Source: an uncultured Methanolobus sp. (GTDB lineage Archaea > Halobacteriota > Methanosarcinia > Methanosarcinales > Methanosarcinaceae). From it: DNA of 64,000 bases. Positions 30,810 through 41,960 of the stretch are shown here, piece by piece. The DNA is taken from NCBI GenBank assembly GCA_963675495.1, contig OY776215.1:352001-416000 (forward strand), written 5' to 3'. The translations under genes and the position numbers were made by a program. Within the stretch, counting starts at the first letter, position 1. Each line of letters starts with the position of its first letter. The notes below the pieces were generated by a model that ran no database searches, was not told where the DNA came from, and worked only from the letters and a program-made list of their open reading frames with translations.

Positions 30810-31708
30810 AGTGCCGTTGTCAGACCACCCAATACAGGTGCAGGAATAGAGGCCAGCAGGCTGGAGAATTTGGGGATTAGCGAGAGCAGTATTAGAATAA
30901 CTGCACCGATTAGCACAAGCTGGACACTTGATATTTTTGTAAGGTCCACAAGACCGATGCTCTCTGAATAGCTGGTTGTACCACAGGCAACAAATACACC
31001 GGCAATAGAACAGGAAAGACCTTCCGAACCAATACCACGGTTTATCTTCTTATTATCTATGGGAAGGTCTGTTATCGTTGATATGGCATGGTAGTCACCT
31101 ACACTTTCTATAATGCTCACCATGAAGGCAAAAATAATTATGATTATGGGGCTGATGTCAAATACCGGAAATCCCCATGGAAACAATTTAGGAAGGATCA
31201 AAAGTGGAAGGCTTTTCACAAGCCTGAAATCAACCATTCCAAATTCGATACTCAGGATGTAACCTACCAATACACCCGCAATTACCGACATGGTGTTGAA
31301 AGTACCTTTTAGAGAGAAAACCATAAGCATGATGGTTATACCCTTTACAAGAGGTGAGAAAAGGTTTTTCAGTTTACCGATGAGTCCTAAAGCCCCCTGT
31401 TAGCCTTTCGATGATACCACCTACGGTCAAAGCACCTTCCATCGCAGCAAGCCCAATACCCGAGCTTATGGAGATAAGAGCGGGAATGAAAGCAAAACGT
31501 GATCCCTGTACTATCGGGAACTTAGAACAATGAAGGTCTGCAAAAGAGTGGCAATAGTCATTGCCAGAAGAACAGACTGCATCAGCAGTGCAATATCTGA
31601 AAGTTGAAGACTTATGGCAGAACCAACCACAAGAGGAACTATGATGGTTGCACCGAACATTGCCAGCACATGCTGAAATCCTAAAACAATTCGTTTCATA
31701 TAAATCAC
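30790..31708 (-). pseudogene. NCS2 uracil/xanthine permease fragment, copy 2
   Basis: QHVLAMFGAT, ESVGDY, TTSYSESIG, PVLGG; frameshifts and internal deletion. Confidence 0.85.
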
Positions 31709-32200
31709 CAGGATATTCGTGTCAGTAAATATTAGAATTTACTAGAATTCAATTCTAAAAAAACTATTTTGACCAACCTGGATATAGTTGCTGGATTTTT
31801 TGAAACGAACGTTACAAAATAAGCTGATGCACAAATAACAATTAATTTTCAATGATAATAATTCCAGACACTTCAGTTAAAATTAAGATATAGCTCTTAA
31901 AAATCGAATGCATGCATTTTTAGAATTAAACTACATGATTTCGAAATTTTTATTTTTAATTTATTATGCAACATTTTAGTTAAATATATATATAATAACA
32001 AAAATACATTATTAAAATAATATTAATTATAATAATATTAAACAATTGCACAATTATCATACTTGGAAAGGAACCATCACTATAGGTTAACACCCATAAG
32101 ATATGAATTCATATCATGAATGATTTAGCCTCGAATTTACAACCCTATTTCCAACAAAAATGTATGTCCATAATAATTGTGAAATATTGGAGGAAAAATA

Positions 32201-32785
32201 TTGGACAGAAAACTCTTATTCAGTATAATGACTATTGCAGTCGTAGCTCTTTTGATCGGAGGTGGAACCTACGCATATTTCAGTGATACTGAAAGCAGCG
32301 AAGATAATACCATCACAGCAGGTACACTGGACCTAAGTGTTGATGATGAAAATCCCTGGACAAGCACCAAGCTCACGGTAACTAATGCAATACCTGGTTC
32401 AAGTGGCTCCGTCACTATGACATTAGAAAATGAAGGGAGCGCAGACGGCCTCAGCCTGACTCTTGATGTTACTGATATCGCTGATGGACCAGGAACCACA
32501 CCCGAATCGGAACCCACATCAGATAATGGTGAACTTAGTCAAAACACGGACATAGTATTGTGGGAGGACACTAATTATGATGGGGTAATAGATGAGGGTG
32601 AGGATGAAATCTATAACAATACCCTCAGTGCTACTGCTACCAACGGTCCATGGGAAATCGGTCCACTTGCCGCTGGTGCCACCAACTATGTCGGATTATA
32701 TTATGAGATCGATGAAACAGTTGGAAATGAGATCCAGGGAGATAACTGCAGCTTTAACATCGTATACGTCCTTAGCCAATATTAA
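32201..32785 (+). CDS. tasA: TasA-family major subunit candidate
   Basis: SipW-dependent signal (GGGTYA|YFSDTE), GTLDL, PGSSG, ENEGS, NEIQGD..FNIVYVLSQ; immediately upstream of sipW. Confidence 0.85.
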   Translation: MDRKLLFSIMTIAVVALLIGGGTYAYFSDTESSEDNTITAGTLDLSVDDENPWTSTKLTVTNAIPGSSGSVTMTLENEGSADGLSLTLDVTDIADGPGTTPESEPTSDNGELSQNTDIVLWEDTNYDGVIDEGEDEIYNNTLSATATNGPWEIGPLAAGATNYVGLYYEIDETVGNEIQGDNCSFNIVYVLSQY

Positions 32786-32854
32786 GAATAATTAATAGTG
32801 ATGGTGATGAGCCTCCTATTAATTCCGTTTTTTAAGGGAAAAAAGGAATGTGAG

Positions 32855-33367
32855 ATGGGAAAACTGCTAAAGCATGCAAGTACGTTTTTACTTGTACTAC
32901 TTATAATGATAGCTTTGTTCACATTCATTGCACCAAATTTTGGATGGAGCATAGATGCTGTGAAATCTGGAAGTATGGAACCAGAAATATCGACTGGAGA
33001 CCTTGTTGTAACAAAACCAGTTAATGCAGATGAAATTAAAGCTGGAGACATCATCACTTTTACTACTTCATCCAAAAAAAGACTCACGACCCACAGAGTT
33101 ATAGCCATCGGGGAGGAAGGCCAGCTACAATTCCAGACCAAAGGTGATGCAAATGAAGATGCAGACATTTATATGGTTCCTGAAAATAATGTGGTTGGAA
33201 AGGTCTATCTCAAAATACCCTATTTTGGTTATGTCAGCCAGTTCATAAAAACCCCAATTGGTTTTGTGCTGACTTTTTGCATACCCGGCATTATGATTAT
33301 CCTTCAGGAGGTAAGAAAACTCTGGCAAGCGCGGGATAATAGCAAAGATACAGAGAAGGGAACATAA
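32855..33367 (+). CDS. sipW: Signal peptidase I, SipW/ER-type (S26B)
   Basis: SGSMEP catalytic Ser, THRV His, TKGDAN..D, IPYFGY; start set at MGKLL. Confidence 0.93.
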   Translation: MGKLLKHASTFLLVLLIMIALFTFIAPNFGWSIDAVKSGSMEPEISTGDLVVTKPVNADEIKAGDIITFTTSSKKRLTTHRVIAIGEEGQLQFQTKGDANEDADIYMVPENNVVGKVYLKIPYFGYVSQFIKTPIGFVLTFCIPGIMIILQEVRKLWQARDNSKDTEKGT

Positions 33368-33368
33368 G

Positions 33369-36300
33369 ATGGAGTTTAAGTCTATCCTTTCAATTGTATC
33401 AATTGGTATTATATTGCTGCTGGCAATTAATAGCGGTTTTACAAACTGCTTATACATAGATGTTGAGACTTCCAGTAACAATATTTTTGGAGCCTGGACT
33501 TCCACACTCTGGACACAGACAACTGAAGCAGATTTTAGCGCCGGGGTCCTTAGTGATATTAATGTTTCAGCAAGTTCAGGAGATGCCATCGCAGATGGTT
33601 GTGAACTTTCCGAGATTTGGTATAACGATGCATGGCTTTACAGGAAAGAAATTGTTCTGAATAATTCCGGCTCTGCACTTTCAGACTATCAGGTCAAGGT
33701 TGATCTGGCCTATGATGACCAGATGCAGTCTGATTTTGATGACATAAGGTTTGTAGATTCTGATGGAATTACACAACTTTTTTGCTGGCTTGATGACTAT
33801 AATGATTCAATATCTGCCACTTTCTGGGTTAGGGTCCCTGATATCCCTTCAGGTGGCAAAACCATCTACACCTATTATGGTAATGATGACGCTCTTAGTG
33901 CCAGCAATGGATCTCAGACATTTCTATTCTATGATGACTTTGAGGAATATGATGAAGGCGATGTCCCCCGGAACTGGGAAATAAAGGATTCTAATAGCAG
34001 TACATGGAATCTTACAGATAGTTCTGATTACATCTATAATAGCTCAAAGATAGAATTTGAAGACGGCTATGCCCAGCTTATTGGCACGTCAGATCCAGAA
34101 TGGTGGGATGGAGATTGGAGATACCGTGTATACCTTGATGTGAACACAAGTAGCCATAACAGGACCGATCCGGTAGTCACATGGAATGCCAATTTCACAT
34201 CCCTCTTAAATAACCCTGATCTGACATTTGATGATAACTCAATAAGGGTAATTGAGTATGACCCTATCGGAAATATCCTTGGGGAAAGAACATCACAATT
34301 GATAAAAGAAAACAGTTATGATGCTTCCAATAACGCTGTTGGGGATGTAATATGGATCCTTAATGGCTCCACAATGTCCAATACTTCAAGGTACTATTAC
34401 GCTTACTTCGATACAACTACAAACCCCAAGAATGCGGCTGGATATACCAATATTTCCATAAATTCAGACACAGATTATGCAGATCAAAATGGAGTATGGT
34501 ACGAGATAAGTGAAAAACTTCACTGGAAACTCCATGAGAGCAAAGGAGGATTGTACAATGATATTAACTGGGACAATTCCAGCCATACCTATAGCACTAC
34601 TGACCACTGGGAATTTGGCACAAATATGCGCCCAGCTCCTGATCAGGAACACATGCAACCCTCTTTTGGAAGCATGACAACTGATTCTCCAGAAGTAGGT
34701 CCTATAAAACTCAAATTCTATCAGCATTACAGTGATGGTTCCTATGTGGAGACTATTTACTACAAGGACCAGCCCTGGATGAAGGTCATCTATCATTATT
34801 ATACTAGCTGGAATGGTAATCTCTGGGAGATCGAATCAGTTGCGGAGGTGGGAGCAAATGCCAACCTTGTTGCCTGGGATAGTCCCGATTATCAGAGTGC
34901 TGTCATGGCAGGTGATCTATCTTCTATAATTTACAATGTAAATATGAGTGGAGCATGGCATTCTGAGGTACTTGACGATAGTAGCTGGCATGACAATCCA
35001 TCTAAGTACATGAGTACATTAAACCAACAGGATGTTGAATGGTACTTCATTTACAAGGAACCTAATGTAGATACACAAGCAGAGGCGCAACCCATAATAG
35101 AAGAGGTGATCACGCCTGTGAACGTTACCCAGGGAGCGGTTTCAAATCCTTCATATTCCAATGATGCTCCAAGCATTCAGCCTGTTACTGGATATTCCTA
35201 TGATTCAATATGCAATTTCAGTTCCATTCAGGGACCTGACAATCAGGGTGAAATAAGATATCAGATAAGTAATGATAAGATTAGCTGGTATTATCATGAT
35301 GGAACAGACTGGGTGGTTTCTTCAGGATTTGCCCAAACCAACAGCGTAGAAGATGTTGAGTCTAGTGTAGGCAGCCTGGAGGATGATATTGGTCCGGGTA
35401 TTTTCTATTTCAAAGCCTTTTTGTCTAGCGATGGGACCCAGCAGGTCCAGCTCGATGAAATAAGCATCTCAAGATCCACTGTAGAAGTCCGGTCGGATGC
35501 CGGAAATAAGGTATTGTATGATGGCAATGGAGTGGGCGGAAATGTTGTCGCCGGAAACTTCTCCTGGACAGACATTGCCTGCAGACAGATGTTCAGATCA
35601 ATTGATGGGAACATATCTAATGCAGGGCTTGTTGTTCATTATACAAACGAGACACGTGAAGTATACGGTGGGATCATAAGTAACACAATAACACAACTGT
35701 GGGAAAGAAATGAATCTGCTTCATGGGCCGATGCTAGTGGATGGAATCAGATCGGTGGCAACTGGAATATTTCCGATGTTGGCACCAGCTGGCATATGCA
35801 AGAGCTGAGGGTATTGAATAGTACGGTAGATTTCTACCTCGATGACGTATATATCGGCAATACAACATTGGATCCCGATGCACCTATTTCTGGAAAAACT
35901 GGTTTTTGGAGCCAGTATGGTGAAGAAGGCTATAGGGACGAACATATCGTTCGCAGATATGCTTTTCCTGAACCTGTAACTGTTGTGGGTTCCAAAGAAT
36001 ACCAGTATGATGAACAGTGGAATTTCAAAAAGAAAATTACAATAGACCACACAAAGGTCGAAGCTGACCTGACAGACTTCCCTGTTCTGATCAACATTTC
36101 ATCAGACTCTGACCTTGTTGCTCATGCACAGGCAGATGGCGATGATATTCTGTTCACAGATACTAATAATAACAAACTCAGCCATGAGTTTGAAGAATTC
36201 GATGGTGGCACTGGCAAACTGATATCATGGGTAAAAGTTCCGGAGCTATCCAGTACTACAGACACCGAGATCTACATGCGCTATGGCAATCCTACATGCG

Positions 36301-38321
36301 AAAGTCAGGAAAATGCCAGCGGTGTCTGGGACGACAATTTCCAGATGGTGCAGCACATGGAAGAGACTTCAGGAAGCCATGCTGATTCAACAGTTCTGGG
36401 GAATGATCTCACACCTCAGGGATCCATTGATCAAAATGCTGTCGGAATTATCGGAGGCGCAAATTACTATGACGGTATTGATGATTATCTCTCACGAACA
36501 GATGCCATACTTAACGGAGATATCCCTGCCAAAAGCACAGGAAGTGCTAATTATTTCACACTCAGCGCCTGGGTCAAGTTGACTGGCAGTTCAGAAAGAT
36601 ATCCATTGATAGTGAAACAGGGAGACTGGGATACAAATATGGATAGAGGTTTTCTCGTTGGGGCCACTTCCAGCTATTACCTTGAAAGTGAGGTATTTCG
36701 TGGAAATGACGGAACCAATGACAAGTCCGAACTTTCATCGACTCAGGCACTTTCAGCAGATCAATGGTATTATGTTACCTACACTTACGATTACGTCACC
36801 GACGGCACATCAAAGATGTACATTTATTTGAATGGAGTACAGAATGGAAGCAATGAACTTGCTTACGGACCTCCCATCGAGAATACCAGAGATCTCTACA
36901 TTGGACACTATTATTGGTCCGGATCATACAATAAATACTTCAAGGGAAATATCGATGAAGTACGTATCTCAAATACTGTCAGAAGTGAAGGCTGGATCAA
37001 AACCAGTTATAACAACCAATATTCTTCTTCAACCTTTTATGACATAGGTTCAGAGGAAGGCGAGTGTCCTGTCACCACAGGTACTATTGCATCCCAGATC
37101 CTTGAATCAGGTCATGAGAATTATAATAAGAAAATTACTATCGACCACACAAAGGTGGATGGAGAGCTTACAGATTTTCCGGTATTGATAAGTCTATCAA
37201 CAGATGCTGATCTGGCTGCCCATACACAAAGTGACGGGGACGATATATTCTTTACTGCAGCAGATGACACAAGGCTTAGCCATGAGATCGAGGAATACAA
37301 TAGTTCCACTGGAGAACTTATCGCATGGGTGAAGATCCCAACCCTTTCCAATACTACGGACACGGATATTTACATGCAATATGGTGATCAAAGTTGTGGA
37401 AGTCAGGAAAATGCCGCTGATGTCTGGGACAGCAACTTCCTTATGGTCCAGCATCTGAACAATTTGAACTCAACAACTACAGAAGATAGTACGTCTAACA
37501 ATTATGATGGTACAAAGACCGCTGTCGATGAACCTCTTGAGGTTGATGGGATGATCGGAAATGCACAGTATTTTGATGGATCCAATGACCACGTAAATGT
37601 TGGAGTAATGAATCATAACATAGGTTACGGAAATTATACATGGTCAGTCTGGGCAAAAACTCCAGACGCATACAACAACATCAATCCAATAATGACAAAC
37701 GGAAATTATGCCCCTGCGATCTATACTAAAACATACCAGCACACCGAATGGGGTACATACTATGAAAGCTACAGAAGAACTGGCACTGTTCTTTCCCTGA
37801 ATACATGGTACCATCTGGTGGTTCAGAGAGAGGATGGAATTGTTAGATTCTATCAGGATGGAGTATTACTCCCCATCAACCATTCTTTCGTTTTTTCCAT
37901 GGCAAATAGTGAATTTTATATCGGCAGGAGTGGAGCTGGGTGGTATGGAAGGAATACAGTAGATGAGGCAAGGGTATCGAATACAGTCAGAAGTGAAAGC
38001 TGGGTCAAGACATCTTACAATAACCAGTTCTCGCCTTCTACATTTTATAGCGTCGGTCCGGAGAATTACCAGATCAATATAGATGGATTGTTCTGGGATG
38101 AAACTCTTGCATCGGGAACTGACATAAGCTTTGATATCAGGGCATCAGACACTCTTTTTCTCAAAGATGATGCAGCACCTTCCTGGACATCGATCGGGGG
38201 AACATCGCCGGTTACTTCAGGGTTGCCTTCCGGTAAATATGTGCAATGGCGTGCAACGTTGACCTGTGCAGAAGGGAAAACTCCAATACTGCATGAGGTA
38301 AGACTTTATTATCATAGCTAA
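33369..38321 (+). CDS. 1650-aa surface adhesin: SipW-type N-terminal strand, DUF2341 and LamG/ConA domains
   Basis: N-terminus ..FTNCLYIDVETSSNNIFGAW; repeated KKITIDHTKV..DFPVLI..DDI.F...WVK.P modules; LamG-like W(Y/H)..V..Y.(N/D)G and DE.R.SN. Confidence 0.85.
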   Translation: MEFKSILSIVSIGIILLLAINSGFTNCLYIDVETSSNNIFGAWTSTLWTQTTEADFSAGVLSDINVSASSGDAIADGCELSEIWYNDAWLYRKEIVLNNSGSALSDYQVKVDLAYDDQMQSDFDDIRFVDSDGITQLFCWLDDYNDSISATFWVRVPDIPSGGKTIYTYYGNDDALSASNGSQTFLFYDDFEEYDEGDVPRNWEIKDSNSSTWNLTDSSDYIYNSSKIEFEDGYAQLIGTSDPEWWDGDWRYRVYLDVNTSSHNRTDPVVTWNANFTSLLNNPDLTFDDNSIRVIEYDPIGNILGERTSQLIKENSYDASNNAVGDVIWILNGSTMSNTSRYYYAYFDTTTNPKNAAGYTNISINSDTDYADQNGVWYEISEKLHWKLHESKGGLYNDINWDNSSHTYSTTDHWEFGTNMRPAPDQEHMQPSFGSMTTDSPEVGPIKLKFYQHYSDGSYVETIYYKDQPWMKVIYHYYTSWNGNLWEIESVAEVGANANLVAWDSPDYQSAVMAGDLSSIIYNVNMSGAWHSEVLDDSSWHDNPSKYMSTLNQQDVEWYFIYKEPNVDTQAEAQPIIEEVITPVNVTQGAVSNPSYSNDAPSIQPVTGYSYDSICNFSSIQGPDNQGEIRYQISNDKISWYYHDGTDWVVSSGFAQTNSVEDVESSVGSLEDDIGPGIFYFKAFLSSDGTQQVQLDEISISRSTVEVRSDAGNKVLYDGNGVGGNVVAGNFSWTDIACRQMFRSIDGNISNAGLVVHYTNETREVYGGIISNTITQLWERNESASWADASGWNQIGGNWNISDVGTSWHMQELRVLNSTVDFYLDDVYIGNTTLDPDAPISGKTGFWSQYGEEGYRDEHIVRRYAFPEPVTVVGSKEYQYDEQWNFKKKITIDHTKVEADLTDFPVLINISSDSDLVAHAQADGDDILFTDTNNNKLSHEFEEFDGGTGKLISWVKVPELSSTTDTEIYMRYGNPTCESQENASGVWDDNFQMVQHMEETSGSHADSTVLGNDLTPQGSIDQNAVGIIGGANYYDGIDDYLSRTDAILNGDIPAKSTGSANYFTLSAWVKLTGSSERYPLIVKQGDWDTNMDRGFLVGATSSYYLESEVFRGNDGTNDKSELSSTQALSADQWYYVTYTYDYVTDGTSKMYIYLNGVQNGSNELAYGPPIENTRDLYIGHYYWSGSYNKYFKGNIDEVRISNTVRSEGWIKTSYNNQYSSSTFYDIGSEEGECPVTTGTIASQILESGHENYNKKITIDHTKVDGELTDFPVLISLSTDADLAAHTQSDGDDIFFTAADDTRLSHEIEEYNSSTGELIAWVKIPTLSNTTDTDIYMQYGDQSCGSQENAADVWDSNFLMVQHLNNLNSTTTEDSTSNNYDGTKTAVDEPLEVDGMIGNAQYFDGSNDHVNVGVMNHNIGYGNYTWSVWAKTPDAYNNINPIMTNGNYAPAIYTKTYQHTEWGTYYESYRRTGTVLSLNTWYHLVVQREDGIVRFYQDGVLLPINHSFVFSMANSEFYIGRSGAGWYGRNTVDEARVSNTVRSESWVKTSYNNQFSPSTFYSVGPENYQINIDGLFWDETLASGTDISFDIRASDTLFLKDDAAPSWTSIGGTSPVTSGLPSGKYVQWRATLTCAEGKTPILHEVRLYYHS

Positions 38322-38447
38322 AGGAAAATATACTTCAGAAAATAATTGGAAAAAGGCTATCATTATTGACCATAAAGCCATGGGTTTGATATATTTTCAA
38401 AAATAAATCATAGTATCAATGTTTGTACCCAATTTAGGAGGAGTTTA

Positions 38448-40520
38448 TTGGAAAGAAAAATCTTATTCAGCATAATGCTTATTGCAGTCATAGCTCTTTT
38501 GACAGGGGCTGGAACCTATGCATATTTCAGTGACTCAGAGGGTGCAAGCGATAATACATTTGAATCAGGCACACTGAATTTGCAGGTTGGAAATACTGAT
38601 CCATGTGAAGGATCAATATCAATAGACGGATTAAAACCCGGAGATAATGGTAATGCAATTTCCTGGTTGATAATTAACAATGGTTCAATAGCCGGTGACC
38701 TTAGTATCAATATCTCTACAATAACAAGTAACGAAAATACTCTCTATGAAATAGAGACTGGCACTGGAGATAACAGTGCTATTGATGGTGAACTCGAAAC
38801 GTTCTTGATGGTTGCTATCTGGATGGATAATGATACCAGTAATACCTGGAATGCTGGAGATTACTACCTTGAAGCTGGTGGGACTAAAGTACCGTATTCA
38901 TCAGGTAGCTTACCAGTTGAAGCATACAACTTCCTGAATAGCTATGAGTCTGATTCATGGGCAGATGTTCAGACTAACCTTAGTAATGGAGATATTGGAA
39001 CCTTAAATATAGAATATGATCTTCCATATCATGTCAATATAAATCAGGTCCAGAGTGACAGTTGCACATTCGACATAATTTTTACTCTTCAACAATGGGA
39101 AAGCATCGTAAGTCTGACGATGTCAGCACCTGTACTTTCAGTTCTAAGCGATAATAGGAAATATGCAGCACCATCGGAGGAATGGAATGAGACGTTTGGT
39201 GGAGCCAGCAGTGACTATGCCTACTCGTTGAAACAAACAAATGATGGGGGGTACATAATTGCAGGAGATGCAGGTTCTTTTGGAGGAGGGTATCACAATG
39301 CCTGGTTGATAAAAACAGATCTAAACGGAAGTGAAGACTGGAACAATACTTTTGGTGGCACTTCTAGTGATTATGCTTATTCTGTTCAGCAGACCAGTGA
39401 CAGTGGCTATATACTTGCAGGGAAGACAAGTTCATTTGGAGAAGGCAGCTCTAATGCATGGTTAATAAAAACAGATCTCAATGGTATTGAAGAATGGAAT
39501 AATACATTTGGTGGAAGCATCGATAATTATGCACGTTCTGTAATGCAGACCAGTGATGGGGGGTATATCTTTGCTGGAAGAACTTCTGATCTTGATGAAT
39601 CATATCAATTCATAGACTATGCATGGTTAGTAAAAACAGATGAGAGCGGGAATCATTTATGGAATCAGACATTTGGTGGAACCGGAAGTGATTATGCATA
39701 TTCTGTTATGTTGACAGATGATGGTGGGTACATAATTGCAGGTAAAACAAGTTCATTTGGAGAAGGTCCCTCTGATGCCTGGTTGATAAAAACAGATCCA
39801 AACGGTAATGAGGAATGGAACAACACTTTTGATGGTTACGATGGATCATATTCTGATGAAGTGCATTCTGCTAAACAGACAAGTGACGGAGGATATATAG
39901 TTGCAGGTGAAAAAACTAATTTAGGTGGAAGTATAAGTATCTGGCTCATAAAAACAGATACGAATGGAAATGCCATGTGGAACAAAACATTTGGGACCAC
40001 CCAAAGTGGAAAAAGTTATGATGTCTGCCAAACAAAGGACGGTAGCTATATAGTTGTAGGTAACACCGAATCACCCATTGAAAGTTACACCTACGATGGA
40101 TTCATCATCAAAACTGATAATGAAGGAAATGAACTTTGGAATAAAACCCTTGGTGGCACCTCTGATGATTATATCTATTCTGTCATTGTGACCGATGAAG
40201 AAGAGATATTAGTTGCAGGTGAAACTACGCCAATTGATTCATGGTATACAGATGGATGGATCGCCAAACTGGGATTGGAACCACTTCTGATCGGAATAAA
40301 TGAGTCTGAATTGCTGACGATAACACTTAACGCTACAGATATTGATGGAGACTCAATAAGTTACTCCACAAACGCAACCTTTGGAACACTGGTTGAGAAC
40401 GTATTCACGTGGACACCCGGAACTGGTGAGATTGGTGTATATGGCGTAGAATTCACAGCATCTGACGGTCAGCTCAGTGATACAGAGAACGTGACTATCA
40501 CGGTCAATGATATTGTATAA
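38448..40520 (+). CDS. TasA domain fused to beta-propeller-like repeats and an Ig-like domain
   Basis: GAGTYAYFSD..GTLNL..KPGD..QSDSCTFDIIFTL; about 7 W-N-x-TFGG..QT.DGGYI.AG...WLIKTD repeats; C-terminal Ig repeat like those of 19448-21826. Confidence 0.85.
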   Translation: MERKILFSIMLIAVIALLTGAGTYAYFSDSEGASDNTFESGTLNLQVGNTDPCEGSISIDGLKPGDNGNAISWLIINNGSIAGDLSINISTITSNENTLYEIETGTGDNSAIDGELETFLMVAIWMDNDTSNTWNAGDYYLEAGGTKVPYSSGSLPVEAYNFLNSYESDSWADVQTNLSNGDIGTLNIEYDLPYHVNINQVQSDSCTFDIIFTLQQWESIVSLTMSAPVLSVLSDNRKYAAPSEEWNETFGGASSDYAYSLKQTNDGGYIIAGDAGSFGGGYHNAWLIKTDLNGSEDWNNTFGGTSSDYAYSVQQTSDSGYILAGKTSSFGEGSSNAWLIKTDLNGIEEWNNTFGGSIDNYARSVMQTSDGGYIFAGRTSDLDESYQFIDYAWLVKTDESGNHLWNQTFGGTGSDYAYSVMLTDDGGYIIAGKTSSFGEGPSDAWLIKTDPNGNEEWNNTFDGYDGSYSDEVHSAKQTSDGGYIVAGEKTNLGGSISIWLIKTDTNGNAMWNKTFGTTQSGKSYDVCQTKDGSYIVVGNTESPIESYTYDGFIIKTDNEGNELWNKTLGGTSDDYIYSVIVTDEEEILVAGETTPIDSWYTDGWIAKLGLEPLLIGINESELLTITLNATDIDGDSISYSTNATFGTLVENVFTWTPGTGEIGVYGVEFTASDGQLSDTENVTITVNDIV

Positions 40521-40596
40521 AGCTAATGGCATTATTGACATATGATGAATTATAAATACTAACTGCTCTCCGATTACTCTATATTTGACTTAATGA

Positions 40597-40683
40597 AAAT
40601 ATATTCAGTGGCGTGCAACTTTGACCAGCACAGAAGGAAATACTCCCATGTTGCATGAGGTAAGACTTTATTATCATACTTGA
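40597..40683 (+). pseudogene. 3' relic of a second large adhesin gene
   Basis: Translates KYIQWRATLTSTEGNTPMLHEVRLYYHT*, matching the end of the 1650-aa protein (KYVQWRATLTCAEGKTPILHEVRLYYHS*). Confidence 0.85.
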
Positions 40684-40701
40684 AAAAGGGAATCTAAGAT
40701 A

Positions 40702-41547
40702 ATGTCACTCAAATTTATGGCAGGACAAGGAGTAAAAATTAATTCGATATTGATAGTCGGGTTATTCTTGCTTGCATTATTGCTCCTGCCTGCACAGGCT
40801 CAGGGTTCTGTGATCGATCTGGAACTTGGTGGTGAAGGTGCAATAAGCTGGGAAATAAGCAATATCAAGCCAGGGGATAGTGGCATAAAGACCATCGAAC
40901 TTCACAATAACGGAAGTATTGACGGTTTTGTCAGCATCTGGATAAGCGACATCAACGAAAGCGACTATGGTGGTGATGGTGCCAGCCTTGATGATTACCT
41001 TCTACTTAACCTTTCAAGTGAACGCATGCAAACAAACATGTCTTTTCCGTCCACTATCTACGAATTCCCACAAAATGCCTATGACCTGAAATATATCAAT
41101 ATAGCTGATCTTGACAGTGGTGAAGTGAACAACCTTGACTTTGCATGGGAATTTCAGATGACAGAAACATCTCAAAATGATGCACAGGGAGATGAACTTT
41201 CATTCACCATTAATTTCATGCTTGAAGGATCACCATCCTCAGAAAAAGAAGGGCACAATAGTTACGATGATGACCCGAGACTCAATGTAACTACTCCTGC
41301 TGAGCCAGATATTCCAGAAGAGATCCATTCAGATGAATCAAATGATTCTTTTTATCAAGATCTTATTCAAATAGAACAGCTTGAACCTTTGTTCACAATA
41401 GATAAGAGTATAGATAACAGAGATCATTGGACATCGTTTATTGATAACGATGGTTCATATATCACGTATATTGCGTCTGCCACATTAATCTCAGGTGCCA
41501 TCCTGCTTCTTTTAGTTAAAAGAAGAAAAAAGAAAAAACCATTTTGA
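40702..41547 (+). CDS. Membrane-anchored TasA-like domain lacking the N-terminal donor strand (candidate anchor)
   Basis: Ordinary signal peptide (AQA), IDLEL..NIKPGDSG..NNGS..NDAQGD.LSFTINF, stalk, TM plus KRRKKKK. Confidence 0.8.
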   Translation: MSLKFMAGQGVKINSILIVGLFLLALLLLPAQAQGSVIDLELGGEGAISWEISNIKPGDSGIKTIELHNNGSIDGFVSIWISDINESDYGGDGASLDDYLLLNLSSERMQTNMSFPSTIYEFPQNAYDLKYINIADLDSGEVNNLDFAWEFQMTETSQNDAQGDELSFTINFMLEGSPSSEKEGHNSYDDDPRLNVTTPAEPDIPEEIHSDESNDSFYQDLIQIEQLEPLFTIDKSIDNRDHWTSFIDNDGSYITYIASATLISGAILLLLVKRRKKKKPF

Positions 41548-41960
41548 CTAATCTGGATATAGTTTCTGGAATTCAGTAAATGAATGTTTCGAAATAATAA
41601 AATGAACAAATGAGAGTTCATACCATTTGAAAGAACACACACATTTCAATCAAATATGGATATTGATCGAAAAATATCTCACCCATACTTTTAATATTCC
41701 AGTATCTGTATCAGAAAATAATTGATTTGATATTTATGAAATTAATTTAGCAATATTTATATATTATACATGAATATTGAAATTATATTCACAATAAAAT
41801 CGAACAATTGCACAGTAGAATATAATTGGAAGATATATCATTGCATATTATAACCCCAGGGATATGAAAGGTCTCAGGAATAATATGAGCTCTGATCATA
41901 TTTCAGCTTCCAACTAAAAATTATAATGCCTCCAATTGTACACAGGTTTGAGGAAATTCA

